Below are positions 61,799 to 64,000 of a stretch of 64,000 nucleotides of DNA, piece after piece. Made by a program: the position numbers and the translations under genes. The notes under the pieces were generated by a model, which saw only the letters and a program-made list of their open reading frames with translations, did not search any database and had not been told where the DNA came from. This DNA is from an uncultured Acidobacteriota bacterium (lineage in GTDB: Bacteria; Acidobacteriota; UBA6911), in the NCBI GenBank assembly GCA_963809485.1, contig CAWEJX010000007.1:352001-416000 (forward strand). Reading direction: 5' to 3'. Position 1 is the stretch's first letter; every line of letters starts with the position of its first letter.

Positions 61799-62039
61799 CA
61801 AGTCAGGTGCCTCCGGCAAAGCCGGAGGCTTGAAAGATAGGAACCGCTCAAAGCGGTTGGACTAGTTACGCCGGTCTTGAACGCTGACTTACGCGGGCAA
61901 AAGCCGATGAGGCGCTTCCGAGCCTCGCCGAACAAATCGGCGTTTTTCAGCGCTTTTATCAGCGTTTCTCAGCGTTTCAAAATACGGAGCTGTCAAACTC
62001 TTTGAGTCCCCGGCAGCGCCGGGGATTTATCAATGTAAT
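61799..62039 (-). mobile_element. Non-autonomous IS200/IS605-like palindromic element, short copy
   Basis: Same ends (caagtcagg ... caatgtaat) and hairpins as 47937-48339 but about 162 nt shorter internally. Confidence 0.75.
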
Positions 62040-62136
62040 TATGGCCTTCCGCGCCCGCTGAAGCGTAAAATGAAATTCAGCAATTCCTGCATTTTTGCAT
62101 TTGGAGCTTCTGCTGCAAATCCGGAGGCGTGCTGCC

Positions 62137-63318
62137 ATGAAGCAATCGCTCCTGTGCCTCTTCCTGTTTGTTTCCTGCAATGCGCCTCCATGCGGCGCCC
62201 AGGACGTTTTGCACCGCGAGCGTGTGCGCGAGGGCATCCGCGCCATATACAACCTGGATTATGACGGGGCTCAGCGGATATTTGATCAGATCAAGAAGGA
62301 TGATCCCGGCAGTCCTGTGGGCTACGGGATGACGGCGCTTACAGCCTGGCACAAACTCCTGTACTCGGCCAGAAATCCGGCCGTCTTCGAATATGGGATC
62401 CCGACTCCGTTCGGTCACGCTCCGGCCCCCTCTGAATCCATAACTCCCGAACAGCAGGCTTTTCTGGATGCGAACAAGGCGCTCCAGGATTTCTGCGACA
62501 AGCTTCTCCAGGAAGATCCCAGGAATGCTCTGGCCCTGTATTTTAAAGGCGTGTCATTCGAGAATCAGTCCACGCAGGCCTTAACCATCGAAAGAAAATA
62601 CATGATCGCGATACGCCACGCAAAAATAGCCGGCAAGCTTCACAGGGATGCCCTGGCCCTGGAACCGGCGCTGGTCGACGCCAAGACCAGCACCGCCGTC
62701 CCGGAGTATGTGGTCGGAACCTACAACATCACTGTCCGCTGGATCGGCCTGTTTTTGGGCCTGCGCGGCAACAAAAAAGCTGCCGTCGAGAAGCTTACGG
62801 AAGTCATGGACAAGGGCGTGTACAGGGCTATGGACGCACGGCTGGTCCTGGGGATGCTCCAGGCGTGGAGGGGAGATCCCAAACAGGCAGCGTCCCTTTT
62901 CGCCGGGCTGCGCGCGGAGCACCCGCGCAGCTTCCTGGGCGACCTGGCTCTGGCGACGGCTTACGAGGAATCGGCAAAGGATTTGAAATCCGCAATCGGC
63001 GTCTATCAGGAATTGCTCCGGGATATGGCGATGAAGGCGCCGGGCATCCATCCGGCTGAGATCCATTTACGGATCGGCAAAGACTACGCCCTGCTGGGCG
63101 ATTACGACTTCGCCATGAAGCATTTGGATAAAGCCCTCCAATCCGTCCAGGGGCACCCTGAAACCACGCCGCTGGTTTATTACCAAATGGCCCTCATTCA
63201 TGAAAAGCGGAGAGACAAAGCAGCGGCCAGGGATTGCTACCGGCAGGTTGCCGCCTATTCCGGACCGTCCGGATTGATTGAAGAGGAAATGAACCGCGCC
63301 AGAAAGAAGATCCGCTAG
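62137..63318 (+). CDS. Exported TPR-like alpha-helical repeat protein
   Basis: Signal peptide; RBS ggagg; YNLDYDGA; C-terminal TPRs. Confidence 0.8.
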   Translation: MKQSLLCLFLFVSCNAPPCGAQDVLHRERVREGIRAIYNLDYDGAQRIFDQIKKDDPGSPVGYGMTALTAWHKLLYSARNPAVFEYGIPTPFGHAPAPSESITPEQQAFLDANKALQDFCDKLLQEDPRNALALYFKGVSFENQSTQALTIERKYMIAIRHAKIAGKLHRDALALEPALVDAKTSTAVPEYVVGTYNITVRWIGLFLGLRGNKKAAVEKLTEVMDKGVYRAMDARLVLGMLQAWRGDPKQAASLFAGLRAEHPRSFLGDLALATAYEESAKDLKSAIGVYQELLRDMAMKAPGIHPAEIHLRIGKDYALLGDYDFAMKHLDKALQSVQGHPETTPLVYYQMALIHEKRRDKAAARDCYRQVAAYSGPSGLIEEEMNRARKKIR

Positions 63319-63347
63319 AAAACCGCCGCTGGCGACAGGCCTGGGTA

Positions 63348-64000
63348 TCATTCGGCCCGGAGAGCTTCGACCGGATCGAGCCGGGAAGCCTTGACGGCCG
63401 GCCAGGTGCCTGAAATAAGCCCTATGATTGCGATGGTGATGAACGACGTGAAGAAGACTCCCGTATCGACAATCAGACGTATATCCCCCTGCCCGCTGGT
63501 GTCCTCGAAAACCGCGCCGAGAAACGGAATGACCCCGATCCAGTGCGCAAGCAGGATTGCCAGAAGGTAGCCCAGGACTCCTCCCATCAGCGACAATGCC
63601 AGCGCTTCGCCCAGGAATTGCATGCGGATGTGCCGCTTGCGGGCGCCCAAAGCCCTGAGCACGCCGATTTCCTGGGTCCGTTCCTGCACGCAGAAAAGCA
63701 TGATATTCATAATGCCGATCCCGGCGACTGCCAGGGTCAGCAGGCCGATGGCCTTAAGCAGCCCCTTGGTGGCCAGAGCGAGGCCGTTGACGATTTTGAT
63801 CCCCTCGCTGTACTTGTCCAGGATCAGGGCCTTGGAATCCGCAGGGTTGAATTTGTGGATTTCGCCCAGGACCTGCAGGACCTGCCTTACGGCAGGCTCT
63901 TCCATCCCGCCGCTCACCGGCTGGAACACAAGAACGCTGTTATAGCGTATGTCCATCATGATCCCCATCACATCAATCGGGATCATGGCGCAAAAATCAT
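63348..64000 (-). CDS. MacB-family ABC transporter permease (5' part outside window)
   Basis: VAGIGIMNIML..VQERTQEIGVLRALGA; LDPVEALRAE. Confidence 0.93.
   Translation of the reverse strand, partial: DFCAMIPIDVMGIMMDIRYNSVLVFQPVSGGMEEPAVRQVLQVLGEIHKFNPADSKALILDKYSEGIKIVNGLALATKGLLKAIGLLTLAVAGIGIMNIMLFCVQERTQEIGVLRALGARKRHIRMQFLGEALALSLMGGVLGYLLAILLAHWIGVIPFLGAVFEDTSGQGDIRLIVDTGVFFTSFITIAIIGLISGTWPAVKASRLDPVEALRAE

Overview
A GC-rich, gene-dense bacterial chromosomal segment, probably Acidobacteriota (inferred from gene content). It is mostly core genome: a PDZ/multi-TM/GAF/PAS sensor kinase with an NtrC-type regulator, eno, OppD/F- and MacAB-type ABC parts, the rpmH-rnpA-yidD-yidC-jag-mnmE-mnmG-rsmG-parA-parB block (two parS sites, a bactofilin gene coupled to parB, no dnaA), IorAB-like molybdoenzyme, a radical SAM protein, hisF, ctpA-mltD-two permeases, tatA/tatC, dusB, sod, sdhA-C-D-B, rnhA, tatD, a patatin, tex, NUDIX, a squalene/phytoene synthase, SahR-like regulator with ahcY, an uncharacterised HTH-nucleotidyltransferase, a phytase-like lipoprotein and a 5'-nucleotidase. 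Many genes carry small frameshifts that look like long-read errors. I saw no rRNA, tRNA, CRISPR array, reverse transcriptase, integrase or intact transposase. The unexplained structure is mostly intergenic: two transposase-less IS200/IS605-like palindromic elements (one holding a large nested hairpin), two further end relics, and recurring 6-, 7- and 9-nt periodic palindromic repeats. The best candidates for undescribed biology are these repeat elements, the HTH-nucleotidyltransferase locus, the ParABS-bactofilin unit and a secreted gluzincin-like pseudo-peptidase next to an anti-anti-sigma gene. All calls come from reading motifs; no searches were run.
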